A stretch of DNA of 63,883 bases, filler included, from Octopus bimaculoides (GCF_001194135.2; 5 parts of 5 records of this genome joined end to end with filler, not necessarily neighbours in it), one strand, 5' to 3'; shown: positions 1 to 11,967, counted from the whole stretch's first letter. Notes: a model not told the origin generated them from the letters alone. A program made the numbers and translations.

Positions 1-261
1 TATATATATATATACATACATACACACACACACATGTATTCACACATAATTAAACCAGGGTACATCCTTTTATGCCAACATTAGCGGTAGGTAAAGACAT
101 TCGATATACAAGTGTATAGCAAGCTAGCCGGGTATGTGCGTGTGTGTATATATAATATATATATGATATTATATAATTGCAGGAATAAATCTATGCACAC
201 GTACACACATACAGCCGAATGAATGAATGAGACATGCTGATGTGTGTAAGCCTATACAAGT

Positions 262-300
<39 letters not shown>

Positions 301-440
301 GGTGCCGGCGTGGCTGTGGAGAAAGTAGCTTGCTTACCAACCACATGGCACCTTGGGCAAGTGTCTTTTACTATAGCCACGGGCCGACCAAAGCCTTGTG
401 AGGGGATCTGGAAGACGGAAACTGAAAGAAGCCTGTCATG
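301..440 (+). mobile_element. tRNA-derived SINE family A, 5' part with B-box region deleted
   Basis: Head ggtgccggcgtggctgtgg (A-box-like), then CORE-like ccttgggcaagtgtc and gacggaaactgaaagaagcc; same motifs recur in >15 copies in the window. Confidence 0.85.
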
Positions 441-1342
441 TGTGTGTATATAACTGTGTGCGTATATGTACATGAGAAAGTGGATTAGGATGTATTTGTG
501 TGTGTGTACAGGAGGGTACAATGAATAAAATGCATGTATGCCTGTATTTACATGTGTGTGTGAGTATCACATATTAATCCACCAGATCCACACACACAGC
601 TATACATCCTCTCTCTCACACACAGCTATACATTCACATACCAACACACACACACACACACACACAGTGATACAGGCTATGTGTATGTGCTTGTATGTAT
701 GCGCATGTGTGGATCTATATACATGTATGTGTGTGTGTGCTTATTTGTGTTTATATACATGAAATAGAATGATACAGGCTGTGTGTTGGGATGTGACCAT
801 GTGTGTGTGTGTGTGTGTGTGTGAGGAAGTGGTAGATTAATATGTATGAATTAATGTGTGTGTGTTTGTGTGTGTGGTGTATGTGTGTGCGCATGTGTTT
901 ATAGACAAGACAGACAGACAGACAAAAGGCTATATGTATGTAGGTAGGGCTATAGAAAAAGGAAACGGATTCAAATAGACACGCAAATGTATATATATAT
1001 ATATATATGTGGGTGTGTGTGTGTGTGTGTGTGAGTGTAGATATTGGTGTTGTCGGAAGGAAGGAAGAAAGGAATGTAGAGGAGGAAGTAAAGTGTCTAC
1101 TGTACAATTGTGATGTGAATGGGAGGGCATGGGTGGGTTCACGTGTGTGTGTGTGTGTGTGTGTCTTTGTATGAATGAAAATTTGGGGAAGTATAAACCA
1201 CTTTATAATCAGAGAAGCGATGTGTGTATATTCCTATAAACTGGATATACACACATACATACATACATACATACAGATATATACACACACGCATGTGCAT
1301 ACACAATTCTCATGCTCTGTTGTTGAACCTAAATATACACAC

Positions 1343-1373
<31 letters not shown>

Positions 1374-1444
1374 TACACACATACACACCAACACATTTCT
1401 CTATGCTCTGTTGCAGATCACGTACGTGTATGTCACTTCTATCT

Positions 1445-1625
1445 TTCGTTTCAGTCGTTACAGTGTGGCCATGCTGGAGCACTGCCTCAAACGGTTTCAG
1501 TCGGACACCTTGAACCAAGTACCCGTGCTTTCTTAAAGTCCGGTAATTATTCTCTCAGTCGCTTTTGTCAAATCTCTGAGCTGTGGGGACGTAAACGAAC
1601 CAACACTAGTTGTCAAACAATGTGG
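1445..1625 (-). mobile_element. SINE family A, 3' half
   Basis: tttcagtc...tggccatgctggagcac...gttgtcaa is the reverse complement of the family A 3' half seen intact at 47329-47705. Confidence 0.8.
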
Positions 1626-1690
1626 GTATACAACAAACAAACTCACACACACACACACTTTAGATATATCATCACGTGTTTGTGTGGAGA

Positions 1691-1812
1691 CGTGCAGGTG
1701 TGGCTGTGAGGTAAGAAGCCTGCTTCCCAACCACAGCTTTCCAAGTTCAGTTCCTCTGCGTGGCATTTGGCCAAGTGTTTTCTACTATAGACTCGGGTCG
1801 ACCAAACTTTGC
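1691..1812 (+). mobile_element. SINE family A, 5' half
   Basis: gtgcaggtgtggctgtgaggtaag head, B-box-like agttcagttcc, then ggccaagtgttttctactatag. Confidence 0.8.
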
Positions 1813-1819
1813 CAGATGT

Positions 1820-2342
1820 CAACCCCTTTTTGCATTAACTGAGACTGACCCTTGGGTTTATGATAAAAGAATCTACATCAAAATGTTCTTCCATCCAAAT
1901 TTCCTGTTAATTTATGCTCCAAATATCAGATTTAATTAATGACAAAATTATTTTACTAAATTATTCGTTATTTGACAATATGAATTGAAACAAAGGCATT
2001 TCAACCAAAAATATGCCAACAAAAGGGTCAAAGTGATCGAAATTAAGACGGTCTTCCATCAAAATTTCGGGTTAATCAAACTAATTAACGATAAAATTAT
2101 TTTAATAAATTCTTCATCATTTTCAAAAATTAAACTCAGTCTAATTCGACAGAAATACAGCAACAAAAGGATTAATGTGATCTAAATATAAAACTTCTCA
2201 AAAAAATTTCATCTTAATTTTTATGTCCCAAACACCTAATTAATAATGACCAAGTTAATTTGATTAAATTCCTCGTTATTTTGTAAATAAATTTACAGAA
2301 AAGCAGCGTATTTCAACAGCAATATGCTAACGAAACAGTTCA
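1820..2342. mobile_element. Tandem array (~3 x 160 bp) of an AT-rich piggyBac-like MITE unit
   Basis: Units end in atatgccaacaaaagggtcaa / atacagcaacaaaaggattaa / atatgctaacgaaacagttcaa (decayed AAAGGG-TTAA); array starts tcaaccccttttt; homologous array at 12200-13000. Confidence 0.55.
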
Positions 2343-3193
2343 AGCAAAAAGATGAGGTGTAAATCTCTCCTGGATGAGAATACACCAATCTCTGCCATAA
2401 TTCACTTCTTCCAGTTGATCTGGTGGTACCTTTGTTCTATACGCTACAGCTAGGGGGAGGAGGGGGGGGGGAAACTGAGGCATTGTAGAATGTAGTGTTT
2501 ATGATTCCAGGAACACAAGAACGGATGCTATGCCAGCCACCCTGCCGACCTACATAGAAACAACAGCAAAATGCCAGGCTCTGCTCTTTTGCCGCCAGAC
2601 ACAAATCATTGAAGCAACGATTCCAGTGTGAAATTTTCTTGGAATCTGAAATGTCTTTGACCAAAGGTCTCTCGAGTGGATCAGGACTGGACCTGGGGCT
2701 AAACAACAAAAACAACAATTGTGGCCACTAACACTAACTCCTATACTATATACATTAGACAATGTAGTCCTAGATACACCATACCTGCATACACACAGAA
2801 GAGGGAGAGAGAGAGAGAGGGGGGGAGCATGCTCCTGCCATGTGACAAAAAGAGATGCTCATTGAGGGTGGAGCTATCGTCAGGGTACATCTGTTTGAGG
2901 GTGGAAACAGGGTAGAAGGAGGTGAGAGACCAGCAGACAAAGGATTTCGTCTGGGTACGGAAGGTCAAGTTACATGAGGTGCGTAGATAATGCATGGGAG
3001 GGGCGTGTGTATATGTATATATATAGAGAGAGGCGGGGAGGACCATGTGGTGCGTATGTTGAATGATGGCATGTATATAGAGAATGTCGTATATATATAT
3101 ATATATATATATNNNNNNNNNNNNNNNNNNNNNNNNNNNNNNNNNNNNNNNNNNNNNNNNNNNNNNNNNNNNNNNNNNNNNNNNNNNNNNNNN

Positions 3194-3225
<32 letters not shown>

Positions 3226-3272
3226 ATTATATACACACACACTCACACACACATATATATGTATGTATGTAT

Positions 3273-3408
3273 GTGTTTGTTCCACTCAACATCGTTTGAC
3301 AACCAATGCTGGTGTGTTTTATGTCCCCATAACTTAGCGGTTAGGCAAAAAGTCCTAGGGTCGATTTGCTCGACTAAAAGTGGTGCTCCAGCATGGCCGC
3401 AGTCAAAG
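3273..3408 (+). mobile_element. SINE family A, 3' half
   Basis: gacaaccaatgctggtgtgtt...ggtcgatttgctcgactaaaagtggtgctccagcatggccgcagtcaaa. Confidence 0.85.
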
Positions 3409-3504
3409 GTATATATATATATATATATACACACACATGCACAGGCAAACAGACAATTAGAAAAACAGACAGACAGATTGATAGATTGACAGATAGATAT
3501 ATAC

Positions 3505-3539
<35 letters not shown>

Positions 3540-4793
3540 TAGGTAGATAGGCAGGTATATAGGGAGGTGATGAAACAAGATAATTAATAGAAAAACATCC
3601 ACTGACAGACAAACGAAGGGCGGAGGGTAGTCGGCGGTGGGGATGGTGTGTTCAGCAGCCCCCAGCTGAGTATCTAAGATATCAGTGACTGATGTGTGCA
3701 GCGAATGTAGTAAAAAGGGGGTAGATTAAAAGGGGTAGATTGAAGGCAGCGTGTGTGTGTGTGTGTCTACCCCCAGATGTTTCGCGATGTGCAAAGCCGG
3801 CTTTAATTACCGATGTTTGCTCGTTAGTTCACCGTGATCTTGGCTCGTTTCTTAGAAGAGCCTCGCCACTTTGCGTGGCGAGGGTGGTGCTGCCGGGGGG
3901 GGGGGGNNNNNNNNNNTTCTTAGAAGAGCCTCGCCACTTTGCGTGGCGAGGGTGGTGCTGCCGGGGGGGGGGGGGTTGATGGCAACAAGGGCAAGTGCAC
4001 GGCTGAGGGGACAAGGAAACCGTGTTGGGTTTCAAATGCATGTTTATCTCTGTGTGTGTGTGTTTATGTCTATGTGTTCCTTTGTGTTGGTATGTACTTT
4101 CATATGTGTGTGCACGTGTGTGTGTGTGTGTGTGGTTATACATGTATATATGTCTGTGTTGATATGTATACTTTTGTATGTGTTTGTGTGTGCACCTTTG
4201 CATGTTCACATATATGTGTGTGGTTGTATGTGTGTGTGTGTGTGCTTGTGTATATATGCGTTTATATGTGCGTGTGTGTACGTTTGTGAATGTGTTTGTG
4301 TGTCTGTTAGAGTGTGTTTGCATGTGTGTGCGTTTGTGTGAGTGTGCTTGCATGTGTGTGTGCGTGTATGCGTTTCTGTGCATGTATGTATGTATGTGAA
4401 AGTTTGATAAAGCGTATATGTGTGTGTGTGAGTGTGTGTGCATGTACACTGGATTGCAGAGATAATTCAGCAGCTAGATGGGTGGGTGGGTGGAAAGTAC
4501 AAGATGTTTCCACCCCCCATTTTACTCCTATCCGTACCCCCTCCCCCAACACCCACCCCAAATCNNNNNNNNNNNNNNNNNNNNNNNNNNNNNNNNNNNN
4601 NNNNNNNNNNNNNNNNNNNNNNNNNNNNACTCCACTCAGCCTACACTACTGCAACTCCCTAAAACACTGGTAAAATGTCTTGGAACCAAACACCATGTTT
4701 ACAGGGTGGATGGTGGGAGCAGGGTGTGGTTGGATGAGGGTGGATGTACGGGAGTCTGTATAGACATATATACGTACCAGTGCGTATAGGTGA

Positions 4794-4830
<37 letters not shown>

Positions 4831-4971
4831 CATATGTTAATATTTCATTTGGGCCTTACAAAACTAATAACCTGGTGTAGAAACTCAATATATATCTGTG
4901 TGTGTGTATGTGTGTGTGTATATATATATGCGTGTGTGTATATATATATATNNNNNNNNNNATATATATAT

Positions 4972-5060
4972 AGGCACAGGAGTGGTTGTGTGGTAAGTAG
5001 CTTGCTTGCTTACTAACCATATTGTTCCAGGTTCAATCCCATTGCTTGGCACCTTGGAGC
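4972..5060 (+). mobile_element. SINE family A head, truncated by an oppositely oriented family D SINE
   Basis: ggcacaggagtggttgtgtggtaag ... ggttcaatccc (B-box) ... ggcaccttgg. Confidence 0.8.
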
Positions 5061-5061
5061 T

Positions 5062-5360
5062 AGAAAGTTCCCTTCTGAGGCACAAGTCTGGCCAAGGTTG
5101 TTTATGGAAGACCAACAGTCGCCCATGCATAGGAGCCACGATTTTCCATGCAACCGATGTCTTCCAAGGGAAAGGCAAAGGGGCCGATACAACTTGGCAC
5201 CAGTGACGTCAGAAGTCATTTCTACAACTGAGTGAACTGGAGCAACGTAAAATAAAGTGTCTTACTCAAGAACACAACACACAGCCTGGTCCAGGAATCG
5301 AACTCACTCCCTCATGATTGTGAGCCTGATGCTCTAACAGTCACTGAGCCATGTGACTTC
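5062..5360 (-). mobile_element. tRNA-derived CORE-type SINE family D
   Basis: Minus strand reads gtgaagtcacatggctcagtg..., B-box gagttcgattcc, CORE-like gtgttcttgagtaagacacttt...gctccagttcactcagttgtagaaatg. Confidence 0.8.
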
Positions 5361-5386
5361 ACCTCATAGTATCTGTAGAGTTTATT

Positions 5387-5610
5387 TAACCGTTTCGCAT
5401 TCAAATTCTTTTCTTAAACGTAATCCTTATTTATTCACAGTTTCCAATTAATCACGCATTAAATCTCACAGCTTTGAGATTTCAATGAGGTGATTACTTA
5501 TTTTTTTAGAAGAACATTGTAGGGTAGGTGTGAGAAGCTACATCTGGCTGGTTGGGGCATAAAACAGATACAATATTTAGGCCGGATATGGTCGGATTGA
5601 ATGCTATGGA
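5387..5610. mobile_element. Decayed piggyBac-like MITE
   Basis: Starts ttaaccgtttcgcattc and ends gaatgctatggaatcaa; residual TIR (gcattc/gaatgc) with decayed TTAA ends. Confidence 0.4.
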
Positions 5611-5686
5611 ATCAACTACAGTCTTCATTAAAAATCATTGCATTCTCACACTGATTGACACGAGAGCAAGATCTAATGAATGATTT

Positions 5687-5808
5687 ATTTAAACAATCAC
5701 CTGAAGAAGTGCATTTTACACCTTGGATGGATGACAATGCTTACACAACATCTCACCAGTGTGCTAAAGGTGTAGAAATGCGTCGAAACAATTGTAGTGA
5801 CTTTAAAT
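5687..5808 (+). ncRNA. Type I hammerhead ribozyme motif, long helix II and minimal palindromic helix III (probably decayed)
   Basis: CTGAAGA 5701-5707; ~16-bp helix II gtgcattttacacctt/aaggtgtagaaatgcgt; GAAA 5785-5788; AC-AATT-GT helix III; GTA triplet 5794-5796; helix I tcac/gtga plus atttaaa/tttaaat; AATAAA at 5806-5811. Pair 10.1-11.1 is an A.C mismatch. Confidence 0.7.
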
Positions 5809-6017
5809 AAAGAACATCTTCCATTCTATTTTCTATCACTCATCTCTATATACACATCTCTGGATCCGTCTACGATTCACTTTCTCTCTGTCTGTGTGTC
5901 CATCAATATTTGTTTCTCTGTATGATTTTTATATAAGGACAAACATCAAACTGATGGATCGTTTGATATTTTTTAGTAGAGTAATATATTTTGTTTCAAG
6001 TTTACAAGGGAGTGGAT

Positions 6018-6069
6018 GACAGTAACTTCAAAGTTTCAGTTACGTAGCCTTCATCAGTGGCTTCAAAGT
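6018..6069 (-). ncRNA. Degenerate hammerhead ribozyme relic
   Basis: Minus strand CTGATGA-aggctacgtaact-GAAAC-tttgaa-GTT; core intact, helix II partly broken, helix I absent. Confidence 0.4.
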
Positions 6070-6614
6070 CACAATCAACTTTTTCTTAGTAATAAAATAT
6101 CTGCTTACCTAAATAATTAATTACACATGTACTTATAGGTAATATATAAACAAACACACACATATGGATATACATATACACACACACACATCTCTACCTG
6201 TCTTACTTTCTATCTATCTAACTATCTGTCCATATTTGTGCGTGTGTACACACACATATATATGCATACACACACACATATATACAAAGAGAAATACATA
6301 TAGATATTTATGAAAACGCACATATACACACACAACAATCTACATACACACATGCACATACATATATGTGTATATATATATGTATATAGAAATACAGATA
6401 AATATTTATGTACACACACATATATACATACAAACCCATATACATACATGCACACGTATACATGTGCAAATACAAATAAAATACACACACACACATATAT
6501 ATATATATACATCTATATTTATTTAAGTGTGTGTGTGTATGTGTAAAAAAAAGTGTATAATATACAATAAATATATATATTCATTTTGTGTAGATCATTC
6601 TTCGAGAAAAACAA

Positions 6615-7085
6615 TGGTGATGCACTCACTTACAGATTTGATGTGCAAATGTTTAAAATGAAGCAATGCTGTTTATTTTGAATGCTTCCTATTTGGAAAA
6701 TGCAGTATCAATGCATGTTTGCAATTTCTGATGCACACAAAGCTTTAAAATGCACCAACTGTTTACATAGAGTGTGCACATAAGCTGAGAAAGGCATCAT
6801 ATTTGCACATGTGATGCACAAGCTCTCAAAGTGCTGCAATATTTATTTGCGCCGAGCACACAACATTCAAGAAATGCAAAATTGATGCATGTTTGTATTT
6901 TTGATGCACGGAGCTTTGAAATGCACCAATGCTATTTACAACAAATGCACATCAAATCACTGAGAAATGCATCGTAAATGCATCTTTCACTTTGTTTGGC
7001 CTGTGAATCCGTAAAACACTACAGATGCATCTATTTGCATTAAGTGCACATGCAATAAAGAGAAATGCAGTATAAATGCATAAAT
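6615..7085. repeat. TGCA-dense degenerate tandem repeat, ~175-bp higher-order period
   Basis: About 24 TGCA in ~470 bp counted by eye; atgcatgtttg at 6711 and 6885; ctgagaaa(g/t)gcatc near 6785 and 6960. Confidence 0.7.
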
Positions 7086-7339
7086 CAGTCGGTTGAGCAT
7101 CAAACTTTTATGAGTTAACCTTATGGGTGGATCTGAGGTTCATGTGTTCAAGTACAGCAGGTCCTTTTAATATGTGCAGCTATGTCAGGGTGGTTAAGAA
7201 AATCTCTTGGCAACCCCATGGTTTTGGGATCAGCCCCACCGCAGGGCGATGGCCAATGACCAATGTCTTGAGAGCGGATTTGGTAGACAGAAACTGTGTG
7301 GAAAAACCATTGTCTGTAGGGGTGTCTGTATTTGGCCCC

Positions 7340-7490
7340 CAGACACGTGACAAGCCCTGGGAAAGGAGGGATTAAGCACACATGCAACAGGCTTTTCAGA
7401 AGACACTTGCCCAATGTGCCATGCAGGAGGATTGAACCCAGGACCATGTGGTTGGGCGGCAAATTTCCTACCGCACAGCCACGCCTGTGC
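7340..7490 (-). mobile_element. SINE family A, 5' part
   Basis: gaagacacttgcccaatgtgcc...gaacccaggaccatgtggttggg...cacagccacgcctgtgc. Confidence 0.8.
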
Positions 7491-7537
7491 AGTGATGAGG
7501 GGGGGACAAATACACATACACACACGCACATATATAT

Positions 7538-7683
7538 GATGGGCTTCTTTCAGTTTCCATCTATCAAGGCTTTGGTTGGCCTGAGGCTATAGCAGAAGGT
7601 ACCTGCCCAAGGTGCCACATGGTGGGACTGAAACCAGAACCATGTCGCTGGGAAGCAAGCTTCTTACCACACAGCCACGTCTG
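7538..7683 (-). mobile_element. SINE family A, 5' half
   Basis: gggcttctttcagtttcc...tgcccaaggtgccac...gggactgaaacc...cacacagccacg. Confidence 0.85.
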
Positions 7684-8574
7684 TGTGTGTGTGTGTGTGT
7701 GTGTGTGAATGTAAATAGAGCAAATGTTATGATGTTTGTTATGAATATTACAAATATCTATCAGGACAATGTGTTCCTTTACACTCCCTCCCAGCCCCCC
7801 CCCCCTGCTGGGGTTGTTGTTTTCTTCTGCCAAATTTATTCTAAAACATTTCTGTTTAATGTAAAAAAAAAAAAAAAGGGAAATTATTCTTTCCAAAACT
7901 GCAACAAAGGTATGTTGGCCTCGAGTGCAACGTGTCTTCGAAATGCCATGCAGATGCCAGCATCTGATCCACGCGCGCATCATCTCTAAAAGCCATCTTG
8001 CAAATGCCACACCGACCGACGTGCATATTTTATCATCTGGCTCGGCTGCATGGCGGCGTCACTAGTGTTGAGAAGCTGCACATGTGTGCAGCGGGGCAGG
8101 AGGGGTGGTGCAATTGGGTGTTGTTGTTAACTGCTGCATCAGGAAGTTTGCCTTAGAGTTTGTAGTAGTGAAGGTGTGTGGAGCGTGGTGTCTGGTGCGG
8201 CGTGTGTGTGTATGGGGTTTGGTTAATTAGAGACAGCTGTGGAATGGGGGTGGGGGGGGTAAGGGTACACGGGTGGAGAGAAAAGGTGGGGTTAGATAGA
8301 AAGATAGATAGATAGTGAGGGAGGGAGAGACAAGAGACTAGAGAGGAAGTGTAGATGTGTGTGTGTAAAAGCACAATAAGATACAGAGGGTAATAGAGAG
8401 GAGGGGGAAGAGACAGATATATAGAAAAGTAGAGTAAAAGAGAGGTGTGTATGTATGTGTGTATATGTGTGCATGTTGCATGTGTGAGTGTAAAGGTGTA
8501 GTAAGAGAGAGAGGGGAGGAGCAGAATGAGAGAAAGAGAGAGACAGAGAGATAGGCACACACATACATATGAAG

Positions 8575-8765
8575 ATACAGTGGCACGTAAAAGCACCCCC
8601 TACACTCTCGGAGGGGTTGGCGTCAGGAAGGGCATCCAGCTGTAGAAACTCTGCCAGATCAGATTGGAGCCTGGTGTAGCCATCTGGTGTAGTCCTCAGT
8701 CAAATCGTCCAACCCATGCTAGCATGGAAAGCGGACGTTAAACAATGATGATGATGATGATGATG

Positions 8766-8768
<3 letters not shown>
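8575..8768 (+). mobile_element. Retro-element 3' end with (GAT)n tail (family E; RTE-like LINE or SINE tail)
   Basis: ggttggcgtcaggaagggcatccagctgtagaaac ... ccaacccatgctagcatggaaagcggacgttaaacaatgatgatg; further copies near 12318-12615(-), 14830-15030(+), 17805-17840, 23905-24000(-). Confidence 0.75.
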
Positions 8769-8796
<28 letters not shown>

Positions 8797-8816
8797 CATA
8801 CACACTTGTATATGTG

Positions 8817-8860
<44 letters not shown>

Positions 8861-9389
8861 CTCACACTCATACATACACACACAAACACGGAGAGAGAAA
8901 GCTTGATGTATATATATATATTCCAGACGGAGAACCTAGTAAATTGTCAAAACTGGAACTTTCCAGAACTAAAGACAATCATTAATGCCAATTTAAGACA
9001 GCAAGATGGAGCAACAGGGTGCACAGGTGCCAAGGGGGTGACAAATAGTCTGTGAAACACGTGTGATTTTTCTGGAGATGAAATAGAACAGTTAAATATT
9101 TATAGAAGCTAATTTCAGCAATGAACGGCCACGACTGCTTTGATGTTTAATCGGTGAGTTATGTGGTTTCGCAGGAGAGAAGTAGTCGATATATGGTTCG
9201 AAACCGTCAGAGGTCGAGCGGTTGAGTTTAATCGCAAATTAGTATTTATAATGTTTAATGTGTTTTAATATCAGCTATATTAAAATCTCAGCCGTTGACT
9301 TAGGTAGAAATATTTGCGTGCATGTGTGTGTGAGTGTGTGCTTGTAGAAGTGTGTGTGTGAAGTTGTCTGTGTGTAGACATATAAATAT

Positions 9390-9399
<10 letters not shown>

Positions 9400-9420
<21 letters not shown>

Positions 9421-9623
9421 CACACATATATACATATATTTATACACATATATACATTTATATATATATATATATACACATATGTACATATATATATACA
9501 CATATATACATTTATATATATATATACACATATGTACATATATATATACACATATATACATTTATATATATATATACACATATGTACATATATATATACA
9601 CATATATACATTTATATATATAT
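9400..9623. repeat. Compound (TA/CA) minisatellite running into a gap
   Basis: Repeated tatatatatacacatatgtacatatatatatacacatatatacatt-type units. Confidence 0.85.
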
Positions 9624-10322
9624 NNNNNNNNNNNNNNNNNNNNNNNNNNNNNNNNNNNNNNNNNNNNNNNNNNNNNNNNNNNNNNNNNNNNNNNNNNNNN
9701 NNNNNNNNNNNNNNNNNNNNNNNNNNNNNNNNNNNNNNNNNNNNNNNNNNNNNNNNNNNNNNNNNNNNNNNNNNNNNNNNNNNNNNNNNNNNNNNNNNNN
9801 NNNNNNNNNNNNNNNNNNNNNNNNNNNNNNNNNNNNNNNNNNNNNNNNNNNNNNNNNNNNNNNNNNNNNNNNNNNNNNNNNNNNNNNNNNNNNNNNNNNN
9901 NNNNNNNNNNNNNNNNNNNNNNNNNNNNNNNNNNNNNNNNNNNNNNNNNNNNNNNNNNNNNNNNNNNNNNNNNNNNNNNNNNNNNNNNNNNNNNNNNNNN
10001 NNNNNNNATATACACACACATATATACATATATATACACTAACACACACACAAACATACACTCTTAACACATAAACACACACACATACATACTCCTAACA
10101 TGCACACACACACATATACACTCCTAACACATACACACACTCACAGACGTGTGTGTGTAGATATGAAACATTCACATTTAATGTATATGAAGACAGACAC
10201 AAAGCTGAAACTAACCATATATATTAATATACCCCACAGGTATATACACATGGGTGTGTGTATATACATGCACACACCCTCTCTCTCACACACACACATA
10301 CGCAAGCATAGAGGAGTGGATG

Positions 10323-10355
<33 letters not shown>

Positions 10356-10681
10356 TCATCTGACAGATACACACATATTGAACAGACACACATACACACA
10401 CACACACATACACACACACACACACACAAAACTGCCAAAGTGTTTAAATGAATATATATACATGTGTGTTAGTATATATATATGTGTGTGTGTGTGTAGT
10501 TTTTGCACTCATGAAACCCACCCCCACTCCACCCACCACCACTGCAAGTATAAAACAATTAATAAACAATCACCATGGCAACTGTAGTTTCGGAATTTAA
10601 ATGCTGGCACACTGCTCCGTTCCTTCTTCTTTTGTAGAAAGTAATAAATTTGATTTCTTCCTGTGTCATGTCTGTGCGTCA

Positions 10682-10733
<52 letters not shown>

Positions 10734-10789
10734 TGCAGTGTTGTCTTCCGTATGTGTGAGCAATTTATGTTGAGTGTGTATGAATGTGT

Positions 10790-10885
10790 ATGCTGGACGA
10801 AACACTTAGCAAGTATTTTGCCCGTCACTCTGTTCTGAGTTCAAATTCCGCCGAGGTCAACTTTGCCATTTATCCTTTCAGGGTC
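10790..10885 (+). mobile_element. tRNA-derived SINE family C fragment
   Basis: B-box gagttcaaattcc followed by gaggtcaactttgccatttatcctttcagggtcgataaa (central domain resembling the Meta-SINE domain, from memory, unverified). Confidence 0.8.
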
Positions 10886-10919
10886 GATAAATTTATGTGC
10901 TTTTTGTGGAACCATCACC

Positions 10920-11102
10920 GGAACTTTAAAGACAAGCTTCTCTCAGTATCTGTCAACCAAATTTGTTCACAAGACTTTGGTCGGACCAAAGCTATGGTAG
11001 AAGACACTTACCCAAGGTACCATACAGCAAGATTCAATCCGAAACCATGTCATTGGGGGTGGGGGGTGAGAAAGCAAACTTCTCACCACACAAACATGGC
11101 AG
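10920..11102 (-). mobile_element. SINE family A, 5' half
   Basis: gctatggtagaagacacttacccaaggtacc...ttctcaccacacaaacatg. Confidence 0.7.
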
Positions 11103-11766
11103 CACTTCATTTAGAAACCTCCATGTCCCCTTTCTCTTAGCACCACATGATATATATCGTCATCCCCCAGGACTGACTCATCCATTTGGATAATAAAACA
11201 CTCCTGTAATTGCTAGCCTCTCCTCGACTACAATATCAGGCCAATTAGCCAGAACCCCATTTACTGCGAGACTGTCATATCCCACGCTACGTATGGCTGG
11301 CCGTGGTTGTTTTGTTGGCGCTCTGAAACCTTCGCTGTCAATATTTACTAATCCTGGCATAATTCCCACCGAATGAAACACCCCCACCCCCATAACTACC
11401 ACTCTCCACTCCACCCCAACTACCATCATCATCATCATCATCGTTATTATTGTTCTGTGTTTTAATACAGCGGCTAATTACCAAACATAATTATCTCAAG
11501 CTTGTTTATGCACCATAAAAATAGGAAATTGTTGTCGGTGCTGCTGTTGTTGTTGTTATTAAGACAACTGTTATTGATGCAATTTACAGGACGCTGTGGG
11601 TGGTGGAGGTGGTGGCAGCGGTGGTGGTCGTCGTGGGGGTGGGTGGATGTTTGGAGTGTCGCTGGTGGTGGCTTGGTGCCGTTCGATATAAGTGTACACA
11701 CACACATATATTTATATACATATATATACATATATAGACATACAATATACATAGATACAAAATTAC

Positions 11767-11812
<46 letters not shown>

Positions 11813-11967
11813 TCACACACAAACATACATATATATATACATACATATACAGATATATAGACACGTACATATAGAGACATCTATACAAGCATAGAAACAT
11901 ATATGCACATACATACACATAGACTTATAAATACAGGCATATATATAAATATACACACACATACAGA

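Noticed and set aside
2437-2718. 93-aa minus-strand ORF with acceptor-like ttgtttag
   Set aside because: The acceptor is the reverse complement of an (AAC)n-type tail, which looks like a retro-element 3' end; no homology recognised
3849-3975. Direct repeat of ttcttagaagagcc...gggg on both sides of a 10-N gap
   Set aside because: Identical contig-end overlap stalled at a poly-G; assembly artefact
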